64,000 nucleotides of DNA from Felis catus (taxonomy: Eukaryota): contig NC_058368.1 of the NCBI RefSeq assembly GCF_018350175.1, positions 33,854,001 to 33,918,000 of the forward strand, in the 5' to 3' direction. Below the pieces are notes generated by a model, which saw only the letters and a program-made list of their open reading frames with translations, did not search any database and had not been told where the DNA came from. The translations under genes and the position numbers were made by a program. Shown here one piece after another: positions 49,091 through 62,663 of the stretch. Each line of letters begins with the position of its first letter. Position 1 is the first letter of the stretch.

Positions 49091-51591
49091 TATTAATCCT
49101 ATTTCTTAAGGTAACTGGAAGGATTGAATGAAAAGGTGCATATAAGATAGTTAACTCAATTTCTGATGACTAGAGAACACTTAACAAATACTGTTAAGAA
49201 AATCAGACAAGTTTTGACTTATCCTCCCACATGTAGAAAATAATATTTATGACTGAATTGTGCCATTTATGCACAAGCTAAATAATTACTCATGTAAATT
49301 GATCGTTACCAGGTAAATTCTCTGTTTCTATTAGGTTATTCAAATCTTATTAGGAAAATTAGAATCCCTATATACCTTTTGTTGTGAATATACTTCAAGA
49401 ACGATAGTACTGCATGTTGAAGTCTACAACAGCTAACATTTCCACCAATTCATTGACAATTGAAAAATCCTCAAGAAAAAAAAATGCGTAACAATCTGTA
49501 ATTTACATCTCTCAGGGGAAACCAATATTATGTTTATATTATAGCACAGATAACATTATTAGCAGAATAATCGAGCCAAATGAATCATGACTGAAAATCT
49601 CATTACCAGAAGGCACCATGCTGATATCAGAGACCTCATATGCTTTCTTCTTTCATCTTGTTGCAATATCACATTTCTCCTGCTATTTAGTAGGTAGGCT
49701 TTGGTCTCTGTTTCTGGTTTTCTGTAACTATTGCTTTGATATTATAATACATTTCTTGTGAACGATGAGCCTTAAGTTAATTTACTCTTTCAAAGGAGAA
49801 TCTACAAACATGGACAACCATTTCTAATAAATTTATTTACTGCAAACTAATGTGCAATTTGTTGCTTGTCAAAACATTGGAAATTATGTTTTTGTTTCAT
49901 GTAAAATATAATTAGCTGATACTTTCAGTAGGATGTACAAGCAGAGGAAGTATTACCAAATTGAGACTCCATAATCTATATTTATTCTGTCTTTGACTTT
50001 AAAAAGAATTAGAAGCCTTATCGTCTATTCAAATGAAATCAAATAAGATAATTTAGCACACTCTCTTCATGTCGGCTGTATCATTTCTGATTTTATGACA
50101 AGCAATGCAAACAAGATCTGTAAAAAAAACAAAAACTCCTTGGAATCTACTAACTAATCGTTCGTAATAAATATTCCATTCTGATATATATGCATATAGA
50201 TACAGTTTGGCTCAACTCCAGTGTTTCTTAAAAAGAAAATAGCTTATTTTAATGTTTTCGTAATGGAAAATAAAAGTAAACATACTCTAAAATCTTAGGG
50301 TGCAGATCTTTTCTTATATTATCCATGCTTTACCTATAGCCTTTGTGCTTCGTTCCTTTCCCCTTTTAAATTTTTAGTGTTCACCTATTCACAAGATCCC
50401 TTTGATAAGCAACCAGAAGGAAAAGTGGTGTCAAAATAAAATTCCAAATTACATGAAACCATCAACATGTGACCAAAGCTTGCATTACCATCATTGGTTA
50501 GCATTTATTAAGGATATGGAGATCTATACACAGTCCTACCACGCAGATTTTCTTTTTAGATATAGGATCCGCCTAAACATTATTCTTGGGTCATAAATAA
50601 GATATTTCAAAAATAAGCACACTGAAAAAAATTTACAATCAAAAAAATAATTGTAACATAGAATAGACAAAGCGTTCTATAATGCAGAGTGAAACAGGTA
50701 ATTTTGCAATAATTTAGGACAGTTCTATTCTGCGTATATAGTTTCCATTCTTTATTGAGCTTAGGTCAAAGCAATTTCTGTGCTGTCTAGTATACGGTAG
50801 ATTCCCTTACCTACTTTTCAGTCCCTTCCCATTTCTAGTCTTCATCTATCATTTTCTCCCCACACACTAAACAGTTCCTCTTTCTTCTGCCTTCTGTTCA
50901 TCAATACTCCTCCTCCCCTCTGTCAGATGAAGCCTCATGTAAGAGCTCTCTGCTCGGCACTTAGTTCTGTCCTCGATATGGTTAAGTTTCTTCTAGTCTC
51001 ATTTTTCCACATCACCTCACCTAGAAGAGAACAAATTCGCCTCATCTGACCATTTTCATACTCAGGTGGGATGAACAGAAGTGCAATATTGAGTCGACAG
51101 AATTTATTTGCCTGGACTACATAGGACTGAACCACTTTTTGATAGGCCCATTCCCAACTCAGGCAGCATGGTATTATTGGTAATGGAACAGATTTAGAAA
51201 GAAAACCAACCACCAATTTGTTGTAGACCCAAACAAGTCACTTAACCTTTCAGACTTCCGTTTCTTTGTACATAATATCGTGTTGATGGTACCAGACAGA
51301 CTCTCTGAAAATAAAATAATACCTTGTATGCAAATGTCTGTGGTATGGTGATGGAATGAGGAACCCAGGCACCCAAGTCAGTCACATGGTATTTCAAACT
51401 TGTTACTTTCAAACTGCTTGATAGCATATGACCTTGAAAAAGTCACCTTAAATCTAGATTTATGCCTCTGAAGATGGGAATAACCCTGACACCTAACACA
51501 TAGAATGGGGATGATAATTAAACAGGATTTTTTTAAAAATAGTACCAGGAAGTGGGAGAGAAAGTAGGAAGAGATAAGCTTATCTTATCTT

Positions 51592-51805
51592 TTAAAAAAA
51601 TTTTTTTAAAAGTTTATTTATTTTTGAGACAGAGAGAGACAGAGCATGAACAGGGGAGGGTCAGAGAGAGGGAGACACAGAATCTGAAACAGGCTCCAGG
51701 CTCTGAGCTGTCAGCACAGAGCCCGACGCGGGGCTCGAACTCATGGACCGTGAGATCATGACCTGAGCCAAAGTCGGACGCTCAACCGAGCCACCCAGGT
51801 GCCCC
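51592..51805 (-). mobile_element. CAN-SINE
   Basis: TSD TTATCTTATCTT; right copy expanded to (TTATC)7 at 51806-51840. Confidence 0.95.
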
Positions 51806-52105
51806 TTATCTTATCTTATCTTATCTTATCTTATCTTATTCATTTACCTAGTACTTACTAATTTTTTCATCCCAGACATGCATTTGCTGTCTCATGGAGG
51901 TTTCATTATGGTGATCATTTTGGAAGGTTGGAAGGTCCAAGAATGGATGTGTGAATAGGAAATGTGAGACCTGTTTTTTCATGTGAAATTGTGTGAATGC
52001 AACAACACGATCCCCTCAGAAAATATTCTACAGGCCATCGCAAGAAAAGAGGACTCATGGACAGACTTGCATTGACATGCAGTGATTTTAAAAATGTATA
52101 CAAGC

Positions 52106-52314
52106 AGGGAGCCTGGGTGGCTCAGTCGGTTGGGCAGCGGACTTCAGCTCGGGTCATGATCTCGCGATCTGAGTTCCAGCCCCGCGTCAGGCTCTGTGCT
52201 GACAGCTCAGAGCCTGGAGCCTGTTTCAGATTCTTTGTCTCCCTCTCTCTGACCCTCCCCTGTTCATTCTCTGTCTCTGTCTCAAAAATAAACAAATGTT
52301 AAAAAAATTTTTTT
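52106..52314 (+). mobile_element. CAN-SINE
   Basis: TSD AAAAA(T)GTATACAAG. Confidence 0.95.
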
Positions 52315-52670
52315 AAAAAGTATACAAGTATATCTTATATTTTTCTGTTTTTCTATACACTTGAAATACTTTTTAGTTAAAAGTGATTTTTTAAACTATA
52401 TCTTTTTCTGTTTTTCTATACATTTGATATGCTTTTCAGTTAAAAATAATTTTGAAAAACTCGATTATTCCTTGAGGAACAGGAAATAATTAGATGGTCA
52501 AGCTGCAGAGAGGACTCAAGCTGACATCACAATATGGCTCTTCCCACGTGGGGCTCTGAACAACAATCAGACTGCTTGGTGCAGTCACATATTGATCTCT
52601 CAGGATTCGGGGAAAAGGCAAGGGGCAGAGACAAAGGAAAACGGGAATGGGAGTTCTTCAAGCTTTTTTC

Positions 52671-52680
52671 TGATTGACAG
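52671..52680 (+). promoter_or_regulatory. PBX-PREP/MEIS decamer motif
   Basis: Exact TGATTGACAG in a non-repeat block that also has an E-box CACGTG (52545-52550). Confidence 0.35.
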
Positions 52681-53259
52681 CAGATTTGCTTTAAGAATGA
52701 TCTTGCCTGATGGCACATCAACCCAGTTTTAGAGAAAATGTAGTTATTCTGTGTGGCTTTTAGGAAACATAACTGCAGACTTGGGCAAAAGTCAGCCACG
52801 TCCCAGGAAACAATTGGCTCAATTCTGATCAATAAAACTGATGCACATCCAACAGAAGAACTGCCCATTTCATAGCCTATCTCTTCAAGGTGACAGAGAC
52901 CACTATTGTACATATTCATAAAAAAGAGAAGACACAAGCCATCCTTGGCAATGGACTTCAGGTAGCAATAAATTTCAGTCCTTAATTTTACTAACAATTG
53001 ATTTCCCATGTTTCCCTACATTGCCCTTTTGGCCAAACTACTCTAAGTTATGTAATCTTGCTAATCTTGCGATAAGCACAAAGTCTCAGAAAGAAGTTGA
53101 GGGTCAAAAGTAAGCCCTAAGTCGAGGCTTGCCTGAAGTCGAAACAGACAAGAGAGCAGTTTTCTGCTCACTCATCCGTATACAGTTTGCTCACTTGGAC
53201 TATCAAGTAGTAATAAAGAAGTTTTTGGAGAGGGTTACAGAAGGCACAGTCAAAAGACT

Positions 53260-54480
53260 GGGAAAGAGGCATGAGAGCTCTAAGTTCAGAAATTTTGATT
53301 TTGAAGACTCACTGATGCCAGAGGAATAAAAAAGGGATGATGAAGGAAAAGTGTGCACTAGGAGCAAAGTGTTCTGCCTTCTGGAATGGGAAGTGAAATG
53401 AGCAGCATGGGATATTTGAAGGGCGATTAGTAAACAATCCAGAAGACCTACAGGCCTGTGACCAATGATTTAAGAGAAATATTAGGGAAGCATTAATTTA
53501 TGGTGCTATATCCTCTTGTCAGAGTCTGTATGCATTTCTGACTGTGGCAGTGCTTTAAAAGTCTAGAATATTAGAATCCATGTCAATTAAATAATACTAA
53601 ACAAAGAGCAATATTCTGATCCCCAAATACAGAAAGCCTTGAATTGTCTGGTCAGAGTTAGACTTCAGGAGATGAATAGTAGCAGGCATCCTATTGTGGA
53701 GAAGGAAAGCGGAAATTGCCTTCACTTGGCCAGTTGGGTCATAACAATAGAGAAAATGCTTGGGTCATCTGCTAGAGGAAACCATCTTCTAACATTTGGG
53801 AAATGAACTATTTTGAGGCACTGAATGTGGGCAATATTGTGTTTGAAAGGACTTTGGAGAAATGTGATAAATGACTGCTTAAAGTAATTATGAATCTGAA
53901 GGAGGCAGAGTTGAAACTCTCAGTGGACAAGTGACAGTGTTTTCTGAGTTAGGCATGTAGAACATAACATCTTCAAGGGATGAGTGGCAGGTCCAAAAAG
54001 ATGCTCATTTTCACCTACTGAACTTATCCTGTCAACCTTGGAGTATTAAGGTTACTGCTATTACCTGCTGAATTTATCTTATCAACTTTGGAATATTAAG
54101 ATTACTGCTATTAAGAAAAATGAAGGCAATAGATGGTGACAGAGAGTACTATAGAAAATAATTTGGCCACAGAAAGTATCATTGAGGGAATGACATTTAA
54201 GGAGACACATGACTACAGTGATGGATTGAATCATTCAATTTTGGGGAGGAAAAGAAAGCTGGACCTAGAAAACAGTAAATGCAATATAGGAATATGCTTA
54301 CAGCAAGGAGTTCAGGTGGATTTATAAAAGATTATACCTGTGCAACCAAACTTTATTAATGTGGCTTAAATCTATCCATTCAGCACTAGATCAACAGGGA
54401 ACTAGCCAGGAGTTGCAGTGAATGCAGGGAACATGATGTACCTAGCCTTTGGCAGTGATCAGTGATATACAGAGAAGCTT
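53260..54480 (+). mobile_element. Possible ancient CR1/L3 LINE ORF2 remnant
   Basis: Weak blocks resembling LDFRKADF (~53280-53310) and DRVT..GNAVD.VYLDFSKAFD (~54395-54470). Confidence 0.35.
54013..54112. repeat. 50-bp tandem duplication
   Basis: Two copies differing at 7 positions, all transitions. Confidence 0.95.
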
Positions 54481-55009
54481 GCATATAACCATTCAGAATT
54501 CAGGAAGCTTATCTGCATATGCTTCTGGATTAAATGTTATGGATGGTAACAAGACTTTCAAACCCAAGGATGCAAGTTTGGAATACTTATGGTTAGATGC
54601 TTTCTGGGAAAGAAATTGGTGACCATTACCAGTTGCGCCTGTAAGAATTGAATACACATTACCCTGTTCTTATACACAAGTATATGGTTCTGAATTAGGT
54701 TTCCATGAGAATGTGATAGCCTTCCAGGTGTGAATTGATATGAATTTATATATATAATATTAAAAAATATATATGCGTCTATAAAATCAGACTGCACAGT
54801 GCAGTAGCTTTAGCCAGAAATAGAAAAAAAAAAATAGTAAATCCATGAGTCACATAGAAGAGCACATTGCTGTTGTTATTTAATAACCACCTATGATAAG
54901 AACAAGCTATGATAAGAGGAGATGGAGGCTTTCTATGAGCACAGAGCTTAAGCCACTTAGGCACTCACAGAGTTTCCTAGAAATAGTGATATCAGAAGGA
55001 TTAGTTGAA

Positions 55010-55207
55010 TCACAAGCATACTCTTACTCTACTTTCATCCTGGTTAACTCCTACTAATCCCTCAATTCTAAATTTAGCTGACACTTTTGCAGATGTTGTT
55101 TTGTGTTATCGTCTAATAAAAATTATTTACCCTTTGTTATATTTCATTGGATCCTATTTTTCATAATATTTGTCAAAAATTGTAATTCTATATCTACATG
55201 CATGTCT

Positions 55208-55240
<33 letters not shown>

Positions 55241-55335
55241 TCTCCACAGATAGAATATAAGTTCTGAAAATTGGACACCGATTCTATTTTGATCAATATA
55301 ACCCTGAAAGAACATTGGTTGAACGAGCTGAGTAA
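55010..55335 (+). mobile_element. L2 3' end with (CTTT)n
   Basis: CCTGGTTAACTCCTACTAATCCCTCAA..CTCCACAGATAGAATATAAGTTC..TGGTTGAACGA. Confidence 0.65.
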
Positions 55336-55730
55336 GACATAACTTGGTAAGAGATCAAGGTGAGTATTGAAAAGAAAATTATCAGGAAGGTATGAAAAGC
55401 CTCAAAAGAGAGAGTTTATTGAATTCATGAAAGTAAAAGACATTCCATTTGGGTAAAGAGAAATAGGCAAACAGACTAGTGCTGGAAAATAGTTACAACG
55501 TTCAGCAGGCAACCACAAAGGGCATGAGAAAAAGTGTGCCTATGCATCAGAAAACCAATAAAGATTTTAAGGATCAAGGCAGAATGAACAGATCAAGTCA
55601 CCTGAAGCATGGAGAATGGACTGAAAGAGATAAAACCCGGAGCCTGAGAAAACAATGGGGTAAGTGATGCAATAATCTATGAGGTAATCTATAGCAGTTG
55701 ACTAATGCGCTACAGTGCAGAATGGATGGA

Positions 55731-56230
55731 CAGAAGTACCCCCTTACCTGTGGTTTCCCTTTATGAAGTTTCAGTTACCTGTGGGCATCCATCACCCTGA
55801 AGCAGGTGATCCTCTTTGTGGTGAATGGTCAGAAGTTCATTAGTAGCCTAACGCAATGTCATAGTGCCTATTCACTCACCTCACTTCATCTCGTCACACA
55901 GGCATTTTACCATCTCACATCATCACAAGAAGCTGGGTGACTATGGGACAATTGGACATTTTGAGAGTGAGCAAGAGACAACATTCAAATAACTTTTTTT
56001 TTCAACTAACCTTCACTATAGTATATTGTTATAATTGTTCTACTTTACGATTAGTTACTGTTGTTAATCTTAATGTGCCTCACATAAATTAAACTTTATC
56101 ATAGGTATGTATGTATGTATGTGAAAAAACATAATAAATGTAGGGTTCAGTACTATCTGTACTGTCTGCAAATTTAGGCACCCATCGAAGATCTTAGAAT
56201 GTATCCTCCTTGGATAAAGTAAGACGACTG
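55731..56230 (+). mobile_element. MER44-like (Tigger7-derived) DNA transposon
   Basis: TIRs CAGAAGTACCCCCTTACCTGTGG ... TGGATAAAGTAAGACGACTG|TA; internal TTAAACTTTATCATAGGTATGTATG. Confidence 0.88.
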
Positions 56231-57060
56231 TAAATGCACTTGAAGTAGCCAAGAGCTATAATCAGCAACACTTGGAAAGAATTAAGCTAAAAAAAAAAAG
56301 GAAAAAGAAAGAAAACTGTAATTATATTTTTATAAATTGTGAATGGAAAAAGAACAAATTTTTCAAAAGGATAAAAAATATCAGAAAGAAAAATACTGGT
56401 AGGTTTTACTTCTACCTAATTTAAAACATTCAAGCCAAACTAAAAAGGCAAAAAAAAAATCAAAAATACAATAAAAACAGCAAGGAAGAGTGTTAATTCT
56501 TTTATAGTATAAAAATTCCATGTAAATTATACATATATCAGTAAAATCCAACTTATAAATAGCTAAGTGTGAGACAGAATTTCACCAAAGAGGATACACA
56601 AATATTTGATAAACATGAATAAATACTCAACATGTTATTATCAAAGATACATCTAAAATCACAAAATGTGTCTGTTATATTCTTTGGAATCGTCAGTCAC
56701 TAACATGATAAAAATTTCACCATATCACAGAAATAGAAAGGATTTGTTACATGTAAGGTGCTGTAAGAAATACTGATGAGGCAAAAGCATCATAGACAAT
56801 GATCTATTATAAATGTGATTCATTTTTAGAAACCACATGCTGGTTCCTAGTGATTTTCTCTTTGTACTCTAAATTCCTATAAACATTATACCGTTATAAT
56901 ATTGTCCCTATAAATAAGTATGATGTTCATTTGAATTCTTCTAAATCTTTTTTCTTTCACTTCTTTATTATGATGGTAAAGATGAAATATTTCAGAGACA
57001 GAAAATGTGTACAGCCTTCATTTTTTTCAAGTACTAATTTCTTATAAAGAATTTATAACA

Positions 57061-57156
57061 GGGGTGCCTGGGTGGTTAAGCCTCCAGCTTTGGCTCAGGT
57101 CATGATCTCATGGTTCATGGGTTTGAGCCCCACATAAGGCTTAAAGCCCTGTTTGG

Positions 57157-57205
<49 letters not shown>

Positions 57206-57263
57206 TCTCTCTGCCCCTTCCCCACTTGCACTCTCTCCCTCAAAATAAATAAATTAAAAAAAA
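57061..57263 (+). mobile_element. CAN-SINE with internal deletions
   Basis: TSD GAATTTATAACA; long (CT)n. Confidence 0.92.
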
Positions 57264-58096
57264 ATGAATTTATAACATGTATATTGGTACCTGTAATATT
57301 AGTCCTGTTTTTTCAGTTTCAGAAAACAGAATACTTATAAATGTCTTGACTGAAAAGATAAACAAAGCAAAATAGAAGTTATGGTGTAGTCTCTCATATT
57401 TAAAGTCAATATTTAAGATAATTCAATTGCTTCCTTGTGTGTATGAAGAGAATATTCTCTCCAGTGTAGATTAAGAAAATAAATGCATTTTCACTTAAGT
57501 TATATTCCTTTCCGCGTGCTACTTCTACCTGAGATTTAAAGTTTAGCCAACCAAAACCCAAGCCTCAATTATAACATAATTAGAATGTCAAATCAAACAC
57601 ATTTACTTGTTTGGATTCCCCTTAAAGACCTTGAGTGCAGCAGGTGATGGTAAACGTTTTGCAGATGTTTACCAAGAGCAAACACTAAAACAATGGTCAT
57701 CCATAATTAATCAAAATTATTCTAAAGAGGGTATTTTATTTGCTCACAGTTAAGACAAAATATGCCCAATATCCTTTTTAAATGAAAAAAAAAAGATCAT
57801 TTCTATGAGATTCTTGCAGAGTCTAATTCTTATACCTTTGTAACAATAGAATTATCAGAATGGAGTTTCCCAGTTATAAAATTGGGTGATTATTCAAACT
57901 TGTTTCACCAATTTCGGCTCCTCTTCTGTGAAGAGACAGATTGCATCATTTTCTTCATCCCAAAATATCCCAGCGATTATGAAGGCCTTCATTTTGTGTG
58001 ACACTGTAACAAAGAAGATATAAGATCTCAAACACTGACCCTACATACATCCTTGGTGCTTCTTTGCACAACCCGTCAGAAACACTGGACAAAACT

Positions 58097-58097
<1 letters not shown>

Positions 58098-58137
<40 letters not shown>
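58098..58137. repeat. (TG)n microsatellite
   Basis: Direct observation. Confidence 0.98.
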
Positions 58138-58139
<2 letters not shown>

Positions 58140-59231
58140 TTAAGATAGACAGATCCCACCTTCTCTGGGAGTTTATAAGAAACTGTGTTGATGATAAAAT
58201 ATTATAAGAAATGTCTCAGCAGGGAGAAAAGTATTATGCTTCAAAATGATCAAAACAGTGAGAAACCACGGAATGGAAAATATACTGCAGTACAACAGAA
58301 CAGGCTAAACCTACAGATCAGGCACTCAGTGAGGTGTAGAAATCCTAAGAAAGCTAATATGAAGTCTCACTGCACCAGTGGCTATCATTCAGTACAACAA
58401 AAGCAATCTTCTGAATAATGGGAATAACATTAAGGAAAAGTCATAATTACATGGGTGGATACCTCTCACTACAAATTCTACCAGGCCATCCAGTTCTTCT
58501 GCGATGCATAGTAGATGCACTATGGAAGAATGTCTTCCTTACAAATAAATATACAACCAGGGTGCAGAAAAAGAAGACACAATGAATAGTATTGAAATAT
58601 TCAGTTCCTCACTACCTTGTATCTGGCAAGTGACTAGGATGCTTGAGGTAGCAGTAAACAATTTAATGTTAGGAGGTGGCAATGGATGAATGTGTTTTGG
58701 TTGACTCATTTAATATGGTAATGAAAACTAGATTGCTATCGATAACATCTGTAAAGTAGTATAAAAGACCCCAAAGTGGCTAAAAACAATGACAAAAAGT
58801 AGATTTATTCTTGTTCCAAGATGATGAAGTTACTATTAAACAGCCTCTCTGTCTCACTTTATAGGATTAAAATTAATGCCCATCACTAATGTTATGACAA
58901 TTATTCTTAGTTATTGACCAGACAATGTTGTCATCACATTAGCCAATCAAAATTACATAATTACAATGTGTTTTCTCAAGGAAGTCAGAAATTATCACAA
59001 CAGTTTAATAATGTTGTATATGACCCACAAAATGTAGATTAACCTGAAGTTATATTTTTCCCACACTTACTATAGATCTAAATACAATAAGAAAGCAAGA
59101 GCAAGTTGTAGACTTTAAAATAAGCACACATTATTTTAGGTTAATTTTATTTTATAATAAATCAAAGCACGTATTAAATTGATGCTCATTAGCTACTTCC
59201 TTGATGTAAGAATATATTTGAGTTTTACTTT

Positions 59232-59501
59232 GTTCTTTTTTTTAATGTTGACATCTCTCTGCCTTCTTTTTTTTAAAAACAATTTTAATGTTTATTTATT
59301 TTTGAGAGAGAAAGAAATATATAGAGAGAAACAGAGCATGAAGGGGAAGGGCAGAGAGAGAGCGAGACAGAGAATCTGAAGCAGGCTCCAGGCTCCAAGC
59401 TGTCAGCACAGAGCCTGACACGGGGTTCCAACTCATGAGCCATGAGATCATGACCTGAGCCAAAGTTGGATGCTTAACTGACTGAGCCACCCAGGCACCC
59501 C
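59232..59501 (-). mobile_element. CAN-SINE with extra 3' sequence and second A-run
   Basis: TSD T(T/C)GA(G/A)TTTTACTTT at 59218-59231 and 59502-59515. Confidence 0.92.
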
Positions 59502-59639
59502 TCGAATTTTACTTTAATTGGGAAAGTATATTTTCAGATCAACTTGTATATCATGCTATTGTTCTCTTCCCTGTTTTCATAAATTCCAGCTTATTCGGAT
59601 GAGTAGTATAAAATCAAATTCCATCACGTTGTGGTGACT

Positions 59640-60950
59640 CCTTTTCTCTTCTACCTTCTGGCATTAGATTTTCATTTCAAAACTCTGATAAAGTTGCCTT
59701 CTGAAGGATTATCAAATTACTTACTTGATGTTTAATCAACTCTTTTGTGAGTTTACCTGTTTGACACCCACCACATCTTACCATGACCCAGTTTTTTTTC
59801 CTCTTTCCTGGTCTCTGTAATGCAGGTCTTATAGTATGTCTCTATACTCCCCACAAGCTTATGATTGATTCCTTCAGTTGAATGTTTTTCTCTCTCCACT
59901 AACGGAGAACATTTTAAGTCCAGCAATGTCCATTTTCACTCCTGAGTCCTCAAACTCTACCAAGTCACTTTCATCCTGTCACATGACTTCCATGCCAATG
60001 CTTTCGTAAGTGATTTGCAAACATGTGTGGTTTCCCTCCCAAACCCCATATGCCAGTTACACAGAATACACAGTTACCTAATCTCAATATGTCCCAATGA
60101 AAACTCAGCATTTTCCCCTGCAGACTTGAGTTCCATTTCTTAGTTAATAGTTTTACATGATTTTTTCATATTGCTTAAATTTGAATATTTTACATTCTCA
60201 GTAAGTCCTCTCCTTTTCACAACCCTAATTCCCAGTACTTTAAATTCTATGCTTGTTATCTCTGTTCTGGATTGTACAATAATTCCCTAACTGGACTTTG
60301 TAATTCCCAACAATTCATTCTGGTTTTATCAATATTTTCTTTCTAAAACCTAAATCTGAAAGTGCCACACCTCTACTAAAAATCTAAATGTAGTGCAAAT
60401 TAAGGATAAAATTTTCCAGATTTCCATCACCTGATTTTGGTTTTTATTACAGCTTTATCTCAAGGGATTAAACCCAATGTTCCTTGATTTTTAGCATAGC
60501 TAAACTAAATATTGTTTTTTCTGGTGGCTCTTTCTTTCGGAACACTTTTTATTTCATATAAAATATAGGATATATTGTATATAAATATAATATAATATAT
60601 ATATACCTATATATATACCTATATATATATATATATGCCTATATATATATATATATATAGGTATATATATACCTATTGAAGTTTTTCCCATGGCTCAGCC
60701 TTTAAGGTTCAGCTCTTTAATATTGTCAGGGAAACCTCTACTGAGAGGATTAGTTAGATTAAAGCCTTCCATTCCTATCTTTCTATATCCCTTTTAAACA
60801 TATATCTTATTTATAGCATTGGTAAAATAATAGAATATACAAATCTTATGACTTTAATGGGTCTAAGTTCTCACTAAATTGTTACCTATCATTTATTAAC
60901 TATGGGTAGCAGATACTCAATAAATACTTTTAATTGTGTAAATGAATGTG
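59640..60950 (+). mobile_element. Degraded L2
   Basis: ATCTCAATATGTCCCAATGAAAACTC..CAATAATTCCCTAACTGG..TTTCTAAAACCTAAATCTGA..GTAGCAGATACTCAATAAATAC..AATGAATG. Confidence 0.65.
60575..60675. repeat. (TA)n / TATATACC low-complexity repeat
   Basis: Direct observation. Confidence 0.95.
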
Positions 60951-62663
60951 TGGGTTCCAGTCTTAATGGCAGTAAAGAAACTAATAAGCAGTAGATATAT
61001 AATTTTTAAACATCCTCTTATTTCTAATATACCGTAATACTCTACTATGTATTAACTAGTATTGCTGTGTATATTTCCACTGTATTTAACTGATCTACCC
61101 CTTTTGCTCAATAGTGTTTGTTTCTTCAATGATTGTTCACTGTCTATGAGGTCTAATGTTCAACTCCATCCCCAGCTTTGTTGTTATATGTATGAAAAGG
61201 TAAGGGTAGTAGTGATATTCACATGAATTTAATAAAATGTAACTGACTTGAACAACTAACATTCACATTACAACACCTAAGAATATTATGCAGAAAAAAA
61301 AGAACATTATGCAGTGGAAAATTGGAGAAAATATAATTTTATTTCCTGTATGTCAAGAAAAATAAAAAAGATTTCAAGTTGAAATGCTATATAGCCAAAC
61401 TCTATGATTTAAACCATGTTTTATAATATTGCCTAGAAGTACAACTTTCTTCCAAAATGCATATATTACCTTGTTCACTGGATGAAATTTTAGGTACCTA
61501 CCCAGAAAGAATAGAACTGTCATTACAGTGAATGGAATACCATTTGGCAACTCTACTTAGTGTTACCTTTTCTTATACTACTTTTTTACCGTGATGCATT
61601 GTTTCTTCTTCTGTAATTGTTCAGCATTTCAGCATGTAAGTCTGAATTGTGGGAAAATGTCAGAGTGTGAAAGTGTGACTGTCTCTGTACATTATTAGTC
61701 TGCATCTATTACACAGATGTCGATCATGCTGTCATCCCACAGGGGCACGCCAACTGAAAATTTCCCTCTGCTTCAGTTTTTATGTAAGAAAAAGTATGTT
61801 ATGCAAAATGAAGAACTGGCAGTCAAGAGGTAAATGCTGCTAAATGTCAATTGACAATATCATGAGCTCTTGCACATGGGAGGGAAACTATACATTTTTC
61901 CTCTATGACAACATATTAACTGGAAGAACAGCTTTCTATACTCTGATTTCTAGGAAGCAAGATTTTTTTAGGAGAACAGAAATTGATTGCATGCAATTTT
62001 TTCTCACACTAGTGAGGGAGAGTTGTCTAAGTTTTAATAATATGACCCAAGATTATTGCTAAATCATCACATTGATACATTTTTGGGAGAAACATTCATA
62101 CTTAGAAGAAAGTATGAAATTTTTCATGAAAAATATTCAACTATGATAATCACTGTGAGAGATTTTAAAAGACAAATATGATTTCTGCCCACAAAGAATT
62201 TGTAGCTTAGAAAGTTAAAAGGCAGGAATAAACATGCTTTTTAAATAATTATGAAAATTCCAAGCTGATATCCAGCCCTATTTTATTCTAGTTCTTTTGG
62301 ATTCCAGTTTTGTTCAATTTAGAAATGCTTATCACATGCACAGTGCTATATAGGATCCTTTATGAAAGAATTATTCACCCATGACAAATTTTTCATAAAA
62401 TCAAGTATGTAAACTGAAATCTCTTTCTGCATTTTTGGTTTAAGTCTATTGCTCTGGCTGTCTTTTATAGCACCAGTATCATACTCTCCTAAATTATTAA
62501 AATGTAGAATATATTTTATTAGTCTTAATTTTCTTTTACAATATTGTTTTATTTGGATTTCACATGAGTTTTTTTTTTATGTAAGACATTTCCATTAGTT
62601 AAAAAATGGGATTTTATTGAAGTTGCACAAAAAATGGGGCACTCATTTAAAGATAATTTTGTT

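Noticed and set aside
52527..53009. 160-aa minus ORF
   Set aside because: No recognisable domain, codon bias or splice structure
71..59490. Many ORFs with LEPASDSVSPSLSAPP / GACFRFCVSLSL motifs
   Set aside because: Translations of CAN-SINEs, not a gene family
6..59501. tRNA genes
   Set aside because: All A/B-box sequences are SINE heads; no complete cloverleaf
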